DNA of 28,449 nt. Origin: a virus. Taxonomy: Duplodnaviria; Heunggongvirae; Uroviricota; Caudoviricetes. Below, piece by piece: positions 8,694 through 19,198 of the stretch. Numbering within the stretch: position 1 is the first letter of the stretch; each line of letters begins with the position of its first letter. The stretch lies in the IMG/VR virus record IMGVR_UViG_3300030379_000406. One strand, 5' to 3'. The notes beneath the pieces are model-generated. The model made no database searches, had not been told where the DNA came from, and saw nothing but the letters and a program-made list of their open reading frames with translations. A program made the translations under genes and the position numbers.

Positions 8694-9026
8694 TTAGACG
8701 TAAATATCAATGGTGCCAGCGGTATTTGTATCGTCTTTTTTCTCTTCTTTTTTATCAGGCTGAACTGTCGCGTCTTCATTCTTTTTCTCTGCCTGCTGCC
8801 TTAACAACTGCTCCAGTTGAGCCCAGAGGCTTTCAATTTGCTTCTGTACCAATGCAGCCATTTCTTTTTTCTGCTGTGTCGTCATCCCCTCTTCCGATGA
8901 GATTTTCCCAAGCTTTTCAGTCAGCACCTGAATTTGTCTTGTGATTTTGGCTATTTCTGATGTTCCTTCCGGGGCGGAGTTGTTTGAAATAACGGTTGAG
9001 GTATTTCCCTGAATTGTGACAGACAT
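8694..9026 (-). CDS. flxA: FlxA (FliA-regulated protein of Qin prophage)
   Basis: 110-aa ORF (MSVTIQGNTSTVISNNSAPEG...KKDDTNTAGTIDIYV) recognised from memory as E. coli FlxA; consensus sigma-28 promoter immediately upstream. Confidence 0.85.
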   Translation of the reverse strand: MSVTIQGNTSTVISNNSAPEGTSEIAKITRQIQVLTEKLGKISSEEGMTTQQKKEMAALVQKQIESLWAQLEQLLRQQAEKKNEDATVQPDKKEEKKDDTNTAGTIDIYV

Positions 9027-9049
9027 AGATTTCTCCTTTTAAAAAAGCA

Positions 9050-9076
9050 CTATCGGCATGCACAAAAAAATCTTTA
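9050..9076 (-). promoter_or_regulatory. Sigma-28 (FliA) promoter for flxA
   Basis: On the minus strand: TAAAGATT - 11 nt - GCCGATAG (consensus TAAAGTTT-N11-GCCGATAA), about 25 nt upstream of the flxA ATG. Confidence 0.7.
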
Positions 9077-9228
9077 ATCGTATTTCTTGTGTCATTAATT
9101 GTTTGATGTTCAGATTGTTTTCCTCGCGGGCTGGCGCGCCTCAGAAAGTAAAGCTTGTTGACAGGGGTAAACGTTCGGCAATAATTTTCTGCCGCATGCG
9201 GGTGTTGCATAAAACGTGTTACGTTCCT

Positions 9229-9534
9229 TTATCGACAGGTCAGGTCACCGCTCACCCGCCGACGAGAAAGCAATACTGACATGCTAAAGCAAAAAATAGA
9301 TGAATAAGTTGAGTTGTGCATATGTAGCCTGACCGTCACAAAGTATATGGTGTCTGTACCAGTAAGATGATGGCCGGACTCTTTAAAAACGAGCTGACCT
9401 GCACAATACAGGATGGACTTAGCAATGGCTGCTCCTGGCACAAAGCGGACAGTGATCACCGTTCTTACGACTACTTTCTGACTTCCTTCGTGACTTGCCC
9501 TAAGCATGTTGTAGTGCGATACTTGTAATGACAT
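9229..9534 (-). CDS. ydfV: Hypothetical protein at the ydfV position
   Basis: 101-aa ORF between flxA and relB, divergent from relB; symbol assigned by length and synteny with K-12 Qin, not by sequence recall; coding status uncertain. Confidence 0.35.
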   Translation of the reverse strand: MSLQVSHYNMLRASHEGSQKVVVRTVITVRFVPGAAIAKSILYCAGQLVFKESGHHLTGTDTIYFVTVRLHMHNSTYSSIFCFSMSVLLSRRRVSGDLTCR

Positions 9535-9547
9535 TTGTAATTACAAG
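9495..9547 (+). promoter_or_regulatory. relBE promoter/operator (palindromic RelB-binding repeats)
   Basis: TTGCCC - 17 nt - GATACT followed by the palindrome CTTGTAATGACATTTGTAATTACAAG (9522-9547) just upstream of the relB SD. Confidence 0.65.
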
Positions 9548-9558
9548 AGGTGTAAGAC

Positions 9559-9798
9559 ATGGGTAGCATTAACCTGCGTATTGACGATGAACTTAAAGCG
9601 CGTTCTTACGCCGCGCTTGAAAAAATGGGTGTAACTCCTTCTGAAGCGCTTCGTCTCATGCTCGAGTATATCGCTGACAATGAACGCTTGCCGTTCAAAC
9701 AGACACTCCTGAGTGATGAAGATGCTGAACTTGTGGAGATAGTGAAAGAACGGCTTCGTAATCCTAAGCCAGTACGTGTGACGCTGGATGAACTCTGA
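9559..9798 (+). CDS. relB: RelB antitoxin
   Basis: 79 aa (MGSINLRIDDELKARSYAALEKMGVTPSEALRLMLEYIADNERLPF...), recognised as E. coli RelB; stop overlaps the relE start. Confidence 0.95.
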   Translation: MGSINLRIDDELKARSYAALEKMGVTPSEALRLMLEYIADNERLPFKQTLLSDEDAELVEIVKERLRNPKPVRVTLDEL

Positions 9799-10085
9799 TG
9801 GCGTATTTTCTGGATTTTGACGAGCGGGCACTAAAGGAATGGCGAAAGCTGGGCTCGACGGTACGTGAACAGTTGAAAAAGAAGCTGGTTGAAGTACTTG
9901 AGTCACCCCGGATTGAAGCAAACAAGCTCCGTGGTATGCCTGATTGTTACAAGATTAAGCTCCGGTCTTCAGGCTATCGCCTTGTATACCAGGTTATAGA
10001 CGAGAAAGTTGTCGTTTTCGTGATTTCTGTTGGGAAAAGAGAACGCTCGGAAGTATATAGCGAGGCGGTCAAACGCATTCTCTGA
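9798..10085 (+). CDS. relE: RelE mRNA interferase toxin
   Basis: 95 aa (MAYFLDFDERALKEWRKLGSTVREQLKKKLVEVLESPRIEANKLRGMPDCYKIKLRSSGYRLVYQV...), recognised as E. coli RelE. Confidence 0.95.
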   Translation: MAYFLDFDERALKEWRKLGSTVREQLKKKLVEVLESPRIEANKLRGMPDCYKIKLRSSGYRLVYQVIDEKVVVFVISVGKRERSEVYSEAVKRIL

Positions 10086-10156
10086 ACCAAAGCATGACAT
10101 CTCTGTTTCGCACCGAAGGTGACACTTCTGCTTTGCGTTGACAGGAGAAGCAGGCT

Positions 10157-10312
10157 ATGAAGCAGCAAAAGGCGATGTTAATCGCCCTGATCGTCATCTG
10201 TTTAACCGTCATAGTGACGGCACTGGTAACGAGGAAAGACCTCTGCGAGGTACGAATCCGAACCGGCCAGACGGAGGTCGCTGTCTTCACAGCTTACGAA
10301 CCTGAGGAGTAA
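10157..10312 (+). CDS. hokD: HokD/RelF Hok-family membrane toxin
   Basis: 51-aa ORF (MKQQKAMLIALIVICLTVIVTALVTRKDLCEVRIRTGQTEVAVFTAYEPEE), below the ORF-track length cutoff; found by manual translation. Confidence 0.9.
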   Translation: MKQQKAMLIALIVICLTVIVTALVTRKDLCEVRIRTGQTEVAVFTAYEPEE

Positions 10313-10380
10313 GAGACCCGGCGGGGGAGAAATCCCTCGCCACCTCTGATGTGGCAGGCATCCTCAACGCACCCGCACTT

Positions 10381-10407
10381 AACCCGCTTCGGCGGGTTTT
10401 TGTTTTT
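10381..10407 (+). terminator. Rho-independent terminator after hokD
   Basis: Hairpin ACCCGC-TTCG-GCGGGT followed by TTTTTGTTTTT. Confidence 0.7.
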
Positions 10408-10528
10408 ATTTTCAACGCGTTTGAAGTTCTGGACGGTGCCGGAATAGAATCAAAAATACTTAAGTAGCGCGCAGGGATAAGAGGGATGGTCCCTTAAAGG
10501 GGAGAGCTAATTATCCGGAAGGATTCTG

Positions 10529-10780
10529 ATGATGAACATCGAAGAACTGCGTAAAATTTTTTGTGAAGATGGCCTCTATGCGGTGTGCGTTGAAAATGGA
10601 AATCTTGTTAGTCATTACCGCATTATGTGTTTGCGAAAGAATGGGGCTGCGTTAATTAATTTTGTGGATGCTCGGGTCACGGACGGATTTATCTTGCGCG
10701 AAGGTGAGTTTGTCACTTCATTACAGGCATTGAAAGAGATCGGAATAAAAGCTGGCTTTTCTGCTTTTTCAGGAGAATAA
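10529..10780 (+). CDS. Hypothetical protein (83 aa)
   Basis: Clean ORF with GGAAGGA SD upstream of ATG; no recognisable motif. Confidence 0.45.
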   Translation: MMNIEELRKIFCEDGLYAVCVENGNLVSHYRIMCLRKNGAALINFVDARVTDGFILREGEFVTSLQALKEIGIKAGFSAFSGE

Positions 10781-10846
10781 ACTCATCTACAATCTTGCGC
10801 GGGGCTGAACTCCCGCTGAGTAACACCGTGCCACCGGAGAAAACCG

Positions 10847-11125
10847 ATGGCACGCAACGCAAAATATTACAATTCTGATAATTCGCCCGTTCTTGCCTGC
10901 ACGCACGGGCGGTATTCTCACGCATTCAAGTCTGAATGGTTCCAGCACCCTCCATGCACTGCAGAACAGGCCGAATGGCTGATTCATTCTTACCGCAGGC
11001 GCGGGTTCGAGGTTAAGAAAGCTCTCAGTCTCGACTATCGGCACTGGATAATCTCTGTCAGGCTGCCTTATTCCGAACGCCCACCACGTGCGTCCCGCAC
11101 TTTCCAGCAACGGATCTGGAGGTAA
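10847..11125 (+). CDS. rem: Rem-like prophage protein
   Basis: 92-aa ORF between hokD and the DUF968 gene, matching the rem position in Qin; symbol by synteny and partial recall. Confidence 0.5.
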   Translation: MARNAKYYNSDNSPVLACTHGRYSHAFKSEWFQHPPCTAEQAEWLIHSYRRRGFEVKKALSLDYRHWIISVRLPYSERPPRASRTFQQRIWR

Positions 11126-11126
11126 C

Positions 11127-12176
11127 GTGCGGGTATTACTTAGACCTGTTCTGGTGCCTGAGCTTGGGCTGGTGGTCCTTAAGCCGGGCCGTGAATCCAT
11201 ACAGATATTTCATAATCCTCGAGTGCTGGTGGAACCGGAACCAAAAAGCATGCGTAATCTGCCATCCGGAGTCGTTCCTGCCGTTCGCCAGCCGCTGGCG
11301 GAAGACAAAACATTGCTGCCGTTTTTTAGTAACGAACGGGTGATTCGTGCTGCTGGCGGCGTTGGCGCATTGTCCGACTGGCTATTACGTCATGTTACAT
11401 CCTGCCAGTGGCCTAATGGCGATTACCATCACACTGAAACAGTCATTCACCGTTATGGTACCGGCGCAATGGTGTTGTGCTGGCACTGCGACAACCAACT
11501 GCGTGACCAGACATCGGAATCACTGGAGCTGCTTGCTCAACAAAATCTGACAGCATGGGTGATTGACGTCATCCGTCACGCAATAAGCGGTACGCAGGAG
11601 CGGGAATTATCTTTGGCTGAATTATCCTGGTGGGCGGTCTGCAATCAGGTGGTGGATGCACTACCTGAGGCTGTATCGCGTCGTTCGCTGGGATTACCAG
11701 CGGAAAAAATCTGCTCGGTGTACCGCGAAAGCGACATCGTACCGGGAGAGCAGACCGCCACCAGCATATTGAAACAACGCACAAAAAATCTTGCACCGTT
11801 GCCTTACGCCCACCAGCAACAAAAATCACCACAGGAAAAGACGGTGGTAAGCATCACCGTTGATCCAGAGTCTCCGGAATCTTTCATGAAGCTGCCTAAA
11901 CGTCGCCGCTGGGTTAAGGAGAAATACACACGTTGGGTTAAGACACAGCCGTGTGCTTGCTGCGGTATGCCAGCCGACGATCCGCATCATCTGATTGGTC
12001 ACGGGCAGGGCGGAATGGGAACAAAAGCACATGATCTCTTTGTGTTGCCTTTGTGCAGAAAGCATCACAACGAGCTGCATACGGATACAGTGGCATTTGA
12101 AGATAAGTATGGCTCCCAACTGGAGCTGATATTTCGTTTTATCGATCGCGCGCTGGCAATTGGCGTACTGGCGTAA
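11127..12176 (+). CDS. ydfU: YdfU-like DUF968 protein with C-terminal Cys/His (HNH-like) cluster
   Basis: 349 aa from GTG 11127 (GGAGG 7 nt upstream); C-terminus QPCACCGMPADDPHHLIGHG...LPLCRKHHNELH resembles an HNH/zinc-finger nuclease motif; nin-region position upstream of Q. Confidence 0.7.
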   Translation: MRVLLRPVLVPELGLVVLKPGRESIQIFHNPRVLVEPEPKSMRNLPSGVVPAVRQPLAEDKTLLPFFSNERVIRAAGGVGALSDWLLRHVTSCQWPNGDYHHTETVIHRYGTGAMVLCWHCDNQLRDQTSESLELLAQQNLTAWVIDVIRHAISGTQERELSLAELSWWAVCNQVVDALPEAVSRRSLGLPAEKICSVYRESDIVPGEQTATSILKQRTKNLAPLPYAHQQQKSPQEKTVVSITVDPESPESFMKLPKRRRWVKEKYTRWVKTQPCACCGMPADDPHHLIGHGQGGMGTKAHDLFVLPLCRKHHNELHTDTVAFEDKYGSQLELIFRFIDRALAIGVLA

Positions 12177-12189
12177 GTGGAGAACGAGC

Positions 12190-12942
12190 ATGAACCTTGA
12201 AGCCTTACCAAAATATTACTCCCCAAAATCTCCAAAATTGAGCGATGACGCTCCAGCGACAGGCACCGGTTGTTTAACAATTACGGATGTAATGGCAGCG
12301 CAGGGGATGGTGCAGTCGAAAGCACCACTTGGGTTGGCCTTATTTCTGGCAAAAGTTGGTGTTCAGGACCCTCAGTTTGCGATTGAAGGCCTGCTAAATT
12401 ACGCGATGGCACTGGATAACCCGACATTGAACAAATTGAGTGAAGAAATCCGGTTACAGATTATTCCTTACCTCGTGAGTTTTGCCTTTGCTGATTACTC
12501 CAGGTCTGCGGCAAGTAAGGCTCGCTGTGAGCATTGTTCAGGTACGGGATTTTATAATGTATTGCGCGAAGTGGTGAAACACTACAGACGCGGGGAATCT
12601 GTAATCAAGGAAGAATGGGTGAAGGAACTATGTCAGCATTGCCATGGTAAGGGCGAAGCCAGCACAGCGTGCAGAGGGTGTAAGGGTAAAGGGATTGTTC
12701 TGGATGAAAAAAGAACCCGGTTTCATGGCGTACCGGTATATAAGATTTGTGGGCGTTGTAATGGAAACCGGTTTAGTCGTTTACCGACCACGCTGGCACG
12801 ACGTCATGTCCAGAAGCTGGTACCAGACCTGACCGATTATCAGTGGTATAAGGGGTATGCGGACGTCATTGGTAAACTGGTAACAAAGTGCTGGCAGGAA
12901 GAAGCATACGCGGAAGCGCAATTGAGGAAGGTGACGAGATAA
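12190..12942 (+). CDS. quuQ: Late-gene antiterminator Q
   Basis: 250 aa from MNLEALPKYY; four CxxC pairs (CEHCSGTG, CQHCHGKG, CRGCKGKG, CGRCNG); immediately followed by a promoter and short-transcript terminator, as in lambdoid Q-pR'-tR' units. Confidence 0.8.
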   Translation: MNLEALPKYYSPKSPKLSDDAPATGTGCLTITDVMAAQGMVQSKAPLGLALFLAKVGVQDPQFAIEGLLNYAMALDNPTLNKLSEEIRLQIIPYLVSFAFADYSRSAASKARCEHCSGTGFYNVLREVVKHYRRGESVIKEEWVKELCQHCHGKGEASTACRGCKGKGIVLDEKRTRFHGVPVYKICGRCNGNRFSRLPTTLARRHVQKLVPDLTDYQWYKGYADVIGKLVTKCWQEEAYAEAQLRKVTR

Positions 12943-12973
12943 ATGATTTTTGCTGAAGATGGCGACATGATGT

Positions 12974-13002
12974 TTGCATTTTTCAAAAAATATGGATAAA
13001 AT
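12974..13002 (+). promoter_or_regulatory. Candidate late promoter pR'
   Basis: TTGCAT - 17 nt - TAAAAT just downstream of Q. Confidence 0.5.
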
Positions 13003-13047
13003 TTTTTCAACGATGGGCTTTGTATACCCGACGTTAAGAAAAAGTAG

Positions 13048-13079
13048 AAAACCCGCTGATGAGCGGGTTTTGTGCTTTA
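13048..13079 (+). terminator. tR'-like rho-independent terminator
   Basis: AAACCCGC-TGATGA-GCGGGTTT followed by a T-rich run, about 45 nt downstream of the candidate pR' -10. Confidence 0.7.
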
Positions 13080-13363
13080 AATGGGGCAATGGTAATGTTG
13101 AATCTCATCCCGGGACTCATGTCTGTTAACTTATTATTTAGCTGGTGACTTGGTTATTTGCCTGATGTTTAAAATGTTTTCTTCCAGTACAATGTCCCTA
13201 AACACAATGAGTCTGCTTATTATATTATTAGCAGAGCTATTACGGCCAAAGTACAGCATAAGCTTTTAAAGCCAATCAACCAGTCATCAAGACAGACGGG
13301 GTTATTCATAAAAACTCTCCATGTGTGATCCGATGGGGCCTGAAATTAAAGCTTTAATATAGC

Positions 13364-13576
13364 TCATGAAAGGTAAACATTGGCAGCTGAAGGGCCACGC
13401 AGACCATTTATCCGGCAAAATTCCACGCGTAATCCGGTGGTAATTTCTTCTGCATCGCGGAGATTGAGCGCTGAAACATGAAGCTGGACATCGATACGAC
13501 CATCGGATGGGGTGATAAGACCCTTGCCGCTTTTGCCGTCAAAGGTTTTGACAATTCCTGTCATTTTACGGGACAA
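13364..13576 (-). CDS. cspF: Cold-shock protein family member (CspF/CspH subfamily)
   Basis: 70 aa ([27 protein letters not shown]...[16 protein letters not shown]); symbol by synteny (adjacent to cspB); I cannot distinguish CspF from CspH by recall. Confidence 0.8.
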
Positions 13577-13876
13577 AAAAATTCCTTAATACTGATAACT
13601 TGGCGCACTATACACACGTTCCTGAAGAAAGCTATAGTTTTTTGATGGGGTTGAAGATGGCTGGATGTCTAAAATAAACATTGCTTCATATGTTCAACTA
13701 TGCGTTAATGATTGCGTCGGTTTGAAGAACAGACGATATACGAAGTAGTTTACTAAAGCAGTTCTCATTTCAGGTGTTATTCACTTATTCCTTCTTTGAG
13801 TCTCTCCAATTAAGTACGAAGTCGTTTCTGTTATGCAAACCATTTATGCCGAAAGGCTCAAGTTAAGGAATGTAGA

Positions 13877-14092
13877 ATGTCAAATAAAATGACTGGTTTA
13901 GTAAAATGGTTTAACGCTGATAAAGGTTTCGGCTTTATTTCTCCTGTTGATGGTAGTAAAGATGTGTTTGTGCATTTTTCTGCGATTCAGAATGATAATT
14001 ATCGAACCTTATTTGAAGGTCAAAAGGTTACCTTCTCTATAGAGAGTGGTGCTAAAGGTCCTGCAGCAGCAAATGTCATCATTACTGATTAA
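13877..14092 (+). CDS. cspB: Cold-shock protein CspB
   Basis: 71 aa ([71 protein letters not shown]); long 5' UTR typical of csp genes. Confidence 0.95.
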   Translation: MSNKMTGLVKWFNADKGFGFISPVDGSKDVFVHFSAIQNDNYRTLFEGQKVTFSIESGAKGPAAANVIITD

Positions 14093-14374
14093 AATTCATC
14101 GCTCGTCTGTATACGATAACGAAGAAGGCTGATGCCTGAGTAGAGATACGGACAGAGTAGTGAATATTGGATCTCTTTAATAAAAAGTAAGGAGGTCCAA
14201 TACATGAAACAATGGCTAGCATATTTGGCAAAATCTTAATCAGGAAAAGTATGCTAACCATTGTGGTGAAGTGCAGGTTTGCTGCATGAATAGTTTTACA
14301 GCAGAAGCTAACTGCTGGCATGGCAAAACAAAGTGCGTAAGTGGATGACTCCCACAAAAAGCACCACAATCTCA

Positions 14375-14397
14375 AACCCGCTCAGGCGGGTTTTTTA
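14375..14397. terminator. Rho-independent terminator after cspB (possibly bidirectional)
   Basis: Hairpin CCCGC-TCAG-GCGGG flanked by an A-run upstream and a T-run downstream. Confidence 0.65.
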
Positions 14398-14455
14398 TTA
14401 TCTGCTTTAAATATATTATTAAAATATAAAAAATACTTGTTACTAATAAAATCAA

Positions 14456-14626
14456 TCAGGCTACAGCTTTAAGATTTGTCTGGAATACTTTGTTGCAATG
14501 AGGGCAGATCAAAAGGGCACCTTTTTGTACTCTTGAAAAACTGTGTTCTGACTCTTGGGTGCAGTTTGGGCAGGAACATTTAACGAGATAATTACGGCGT
14601 GATTTTGAGTTTTTACGTTCTGACAT
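14456..14626 (-). CDS. Small zinc-ribbon protein (hypothetical)
   Basis: About 56 aa from the internal Met (MSERKNSKSRRNYLVKCSCPNCTQESEHSFSRVQKGALLICPHCNKVF); two CxxC pairs. Confidence 0.3.
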   Translation of the reverse strand: MSERKNSKSRRNYLVKCSCPNCTQESEHSFSRVQKGALLICPHCNKVFQTNLKAVA

Positions 14627-14845
14627 AGGCTTTTCCTGTATAAATGGCCGTATACAGTACACTAAATATGAAAACATTTCTCGTATTATTATTTTATATA
14701 TGACTTTCTTTCAAAATAATTACCCACATTTTTAATGTGTATGTTTTTTTAGCGCCGTTGAGAACAACTTGTGCTGTCAAAACTACCCCGTAGACTCCGA
14801 TCTTTTCAAACATATTGCACCATCCGTGTACATCGGGGTGAGGAT

Positions 14846-15061
14846 ATGAAATCAATGGATAAGTTAACAACAGGTGTTGCCTATGGCACATCGGCGGGTA
14901 ATGCTGGTTTCTGGGCATTGCAGTTACTCGATAAAGTAACTCCGTCACAGTGGGCTGCAATCGGTGTGCTGGGTAGCCTGGTTTTTGGCCTGCTGACGTA
15001 TCTGACAAATCTTTATTTCAAGATTAAAGAAGACAGGCGTAAGGCTGCGAGAGGAGAGTAA
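14846..15061 (+). CDS. essQ: Holin, phage-21 S-type pinholin with dual start
   Basis: 71 aa, [29 protein letters not shown]...; Met1-Lys-Ser-Met4 dual-start motif; two TM segments. Confidence 0.85.
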   Translation: MKSMDKLTTGVAYGTSAGNAGFWALQLLDKVTPSQWAAIGVLGSLVFGLLTYLTNLYFKIKEDRRKAARGE

Positions 15062-15065
15062 TCCA

Positions 15066-15373
15066 ATGACTCAAGACTATGAACTGGTTGTGAAAGGAGT
15101 CCGTAATTTTGAGAATAAAGTTACGGTAACTGTAGCCTTACAGGACAAAGAACGCTTTGACGGTGAAATTTTTGACCTGGATGTCGCCATGGACCGTGTT
15201 GAAGGAGCTGCGCTGGAGTTTTATGAGGCAGCAGCCAGAAGGAGCGTCCGGCAAGTCTTCCTGGAAGTAGCAGAAAAATTGTCAGAAAAAGTTGAGTCTT
15301 ATCTGCAGCATCAGTACTCCTTTAAGATTGAAAATCCTGCCAATAAGCACGAGCGTCCTCATCATAAATATCT

Positions 15374-15377
<4 letters not shown>
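15066..15377 (+). CDS. ydfR: YdfR-like protein inside the lysis cassette
   Basis: 103-aa ORF between holin and endolysin; AGGAGAG SD; stop overlaps the endolysin start. Confidence 0.7.
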
Positions 15378-16401
<1,024 letters not shown>

Positions 16402-16762
16402 GGTAATATTAAATCGGAACATTTACATCGCGGAATGTAAAATTTAAATAAAAAGGACTCTTCCATGAGCCAAAATTCCTGAAATCTTAAGGGTAAGATA
16501 AAAGGTCTTAATCAGAATGACACGCTTTATTAATAAATAAAGCTATTCTTTCATTGCTGTGTTTTTCTTTACAAAAGTAATCCTTGCTATGGGTGGTTAA
16601 TCATGCGTTAATGGTGTTCTGGTTTGTTACAAATTTATCTGAAGCAGTCATTGTTATAATTTTATTATTTGTACCTCTTGAGATTTCCTTGTTGGTTTTT
16701 CTCTCTGATATTTTTTTCGGACCATTCTGCCCAAGGGCTAATTTCTTCAAAAGGTAATAATT

Positions 16763-16975
16763 ATGTCTAACAAAATGACTGGTTTAGTGAAATGGTTTAA
16801 CCCTGAAAAAGGTTTTGGTTTCATCACGCCGAAAGATGGCAGCAAAGATGTGTTTGTCCATTTCTCAGCAATTCAGAGCAACGATTTCAAAACATTAACT
16901 GAGAATCAGGAAGTTGAATTTGGTATTGAGAACGGACCTAAAGGTCCTGCCGCTGTTCATGTAGTGGCGCTTTGA
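16763..16975 (+). CDS. cspI: Cold-shock protein CspI
   Basis: 70 aa ([70 protein letters not shown]). Confidence 0.95.
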   Translation: MSNKMTGLVKWFNPEKGFGFITPKDGSKDVFVHFSAIQSNDFKTLTENQEVEFGIENGPKGPAAVHVVAL

Positions 16976-17645
16976 GGTAGACAATATTACAAACCATATT
17001 CACTTTAGATGCCCGTGTTGTCATGGTTCCCAGTATAGAACATCATCTTTTGATGTTTCTGACATGAATCCTTTCGGGGCAAAATGTATCTTTTGTAAAT
17101 CAATGATGATTACATTTGATAATATTTCACAATACTTAAATGCCAGCCGTCTGTCGTTGGATTTAAAAAAGTGAAAATGAAGGCTCCTTCGGGAGCTTTT
17201 TTGCTTGGTGTCTATTCGATGGATACTCACATACTACGGTAACATCATGAAAAAAATCATAGTTTTTTTTAACTCTGAACCAGCAGTGGTAGTGCCAGCG
17301 ATGACTGGAGTTAACACCATCATGCGTGAATATCCAAATGGCGAAAAAACACACCTTACTGTAATGGCCGCAGGGTTTCCATCTCTGACCGGAGATCATA
17401 AAGTCATTTATGTAGCCGCGGATCGACATGTTACTTCAGAAGAAATTCTGGAAGCAGCAATAAGGCTCTTGAGTTGATTTGATGCTATTGCATTGATAAT
17501 TCAGGAAAATTCTCTTTGTCTGTTTGTGTAAAATTTAGACTATCGTATGTTGATTATTGCGATGTTTCATCTTATCTTTTACACGTTTGCACCATATAAT
17601 CGACTTACTGTGTAACTGGAAAGTCATAACAGACTAAAAGAGGAA

Positions 17646-17822
17646 ATGATGAATATTGAAAACTTAAAAACAAAAGCAGAAGCAGATATTTCTGAATATA
17701 TAACAAAAAAAATTATTGAACTTAAGAAAAAGACCGGGAAAGAAGTTACCAGTATTCAGTTTACCGCACGGGAAAAAATGACGGGTCTTGAAAGCTATGA
17801 TGTCAAGATTAATTTAATCTGA
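17646..17822 (+). CDS. gnsB: GnsA/GnsB-family small protein
   Basis: 58-aa ORF (MMNIENLKTKAEADISEYITKKIIELKKKTGKEVTSIQFTAREKMTGLESYDVKINLI), below the ORF-track cutoff; found manually. Confidence 0.75.
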   Translation: MMNIENLKTKAEADISEYITKKIIELKKKTGKEVTSIQFTAREKMTGLESYDVKINLI

Positions 17823-17973
17823 TGTATTCAATAATAAAATTTATCCATAAACCTCGTTTTTACGGGGTTTTGTTATATTTGAATGGTTCCGAATATCTAA
17901 ATCACAATTGTTGATGGTTTTTATTAAACCAATGCAGTCCGGCTCAGGAGTGAGAGAAGCCGGACGTTATGGT

Positions 17974-18384
17974 TTAGCGTGGTAAGATCTGTGTAGTTTT
18001 CTGGATGCTTTCAGTAAATAGTAATGAATTATCAAAGGTATAGTAATATCTTTTTTGTTCGTGGATATTTGTAACCCACCGAAAAACTCCTGCTTTAGCA
18101 AGGTTTCTTCTGTATTCCTGAAATGTGATCTCTCTGGATTTCAGCTTATTAGAGGTCTTTTCTATAAGATGCCTATCCTTTGAAAATTTGACAGACACAA
18201 TGTTTTTTAGGCCCTTTAATAACACTGTATTATCATTTTTTAATACAATATGAACATTCTCTGTGGCTAAATAGTAAATGTAATGTGAGACATTGTGACG
18301 TTTTAGCTCAGAATAAAACCATTGATAGTTTAAATCGTTTCGAACTTTATCAAATATTTGTTTAAAAATGACTACCTGATCCAT
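17974..18384 (-). CDS. ydfO: YdfO-like (DUF1398) protein
   Basis: 136 aa from [24 protein letters not shown]... Confidence 0.8.
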   Translation of the reverse strand: MDQVVIFKQIFDKVRNDLNYQWFYSELKRHNVSHYIYYLATENVHIVLKNDNTVLLKGLKNIVSVKFSKDRHLIEKTSNKLKSREITFQEYRRNLAKAGVFRWVTNIHEQKRYYYTFDNSLLFTESIQKTTQILPR

Positions 18385-18441
18385 AGATAAACCTTCCATG
18401 TGATATGAGGGGGCGTAGTCTGCACGATTATCTAAATTGCT

Positions 18442-18675
18442 TCAATCTGGTCTGACCTGTTTTCTGAGCAATTCAGTAATGTCACTCTTTTCTTTGTTTG
18501 CTTCAGAAGAAACTCTTTTTTCTGAGCACAGTCTCCGGCGGCAGGCTTCAATGACCCAGGCTGAGAAATTCCCGGACCCTTTTTGCTCAAGAGCGATGTT
18601 AATTTGTTCAATCATTTGGTTAGGAAAGCGGATGTTGCGGGTTGTTGTTCTGCGGGTTCTGTTCTTCGTTGACAT
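18442..18675 (-). CDS. ynfO: YnfO-like small protein, possible ribbon-helix-helix fold
   Basis: 77-aa basic ORF; RHH-like segment RFPNQMIEQINIALEQKGSGNFSAWVIEACRRRL. Confidence 0.6.
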   Translation of the reverse strand: MSTKNRTRRTTTRNIRFPNQMIEQINIALEQKGSGNFSAWVIEACRRRLCSEKRVSSEANKEKSDITELLRKQVRPD

Positions 18676-18874
18676 GAGGTTGTCCCGTATTCAGTGTCGC
18701 TGATTTGTATTGTCTGAAGTTGTTTTTACGTTAAGTTGATGCAGATCAATTAATACGATACCTGCGTCATAATTGATTATTTGACGTGGTTTGATGGCGT
18801 AGATGCACGTTGTGACATGTAGATGATAATTATTATCATTTTGCGGGTCCTTTCCGGCGATCCGACAGGTTACG

Positions 18875-18886
18875 GGGCGGCGACCT
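18875..18886 (+). other. Lambda-type cos site: cosN 12-nt cohesive end (GGGCGGCGACCT), with cosQ/cosB-like flanks spanning about 18780-19060
   Basis: Near-identity, by recall, to the lambda genome ends (...CCGACAGGTTACG | GGGCGGCGACCTCGCGGGTTTTCGCTATTTATGAAAATTTTCCGG...). Confidence 0.85.
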
Positions 18887-19063
18887 CGCGGGTTTTCGCT
18901 ATTTATGAAAATTTTCCGGTTTAAGGTGTTTCCGTTCTTCTTCGTCGTAACTTAATGTTTTTATTTAAAATACCCCCTGAAAAGAAAGGAAACGACAGGT
19001 GCTGAAAGCGAGCTTTTTGGCCTCTGTCGTTTCCTTTCTCTGTTTTTGTCCGTGGAATGAGCA

Positions 19064-19198
19064 ATGGAAGTCAACAAAAAGCAGCTGGCTGACATTTTCG
19101 GTGCGAGTATCCGTACCATTCAGAACTGGCAGGAACAGGGAATGCCCGTTCTGCGAGGCGGTGGCAAGGGTAATGAGGTGCTTTATGACTCTGCGTGA
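19064..19198 (+). pseudogene. nohQ: Terminase small subunit Nu1, N-terminal 44 codons only
   Basis: [44 protein letters not shown] then TGA at the deletion junction; matches the lambda Nu1 N-terminus by recall. Confidence 0.85.

Noticed and set aside
8630-8944. 104-aa plus-strand ORF overlapping flxA
   Set aside because: Antisense to the recognisable flxA gene, which has its own sigma-28 promoter; no independent start signals.
2220-11175. Chi sequences (GCTGGTGG) at about 2220, 5575 and 11168
   Set aside because: Chi octamers are common across E. coli DNA; three occurrences in 28 kb carry no special meaning.
17007-17174. Possible zinc-ribbon small ORF after cspI (RCPCCHGSQY...CIFCKS) that could correspond to ynfN
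   Set aside because: No in-frame ATG/GTG start upstream of the first CxxC pair (the only Met is internal), so I could not define a credible CDS; left unannotated.
17205-17477. 90-aa plus-strand ORF between cspI and gnsB
   Set aside because: Weak ribosome-binding site and no recognisable motifs; may be real but the sequence alone does not support it.
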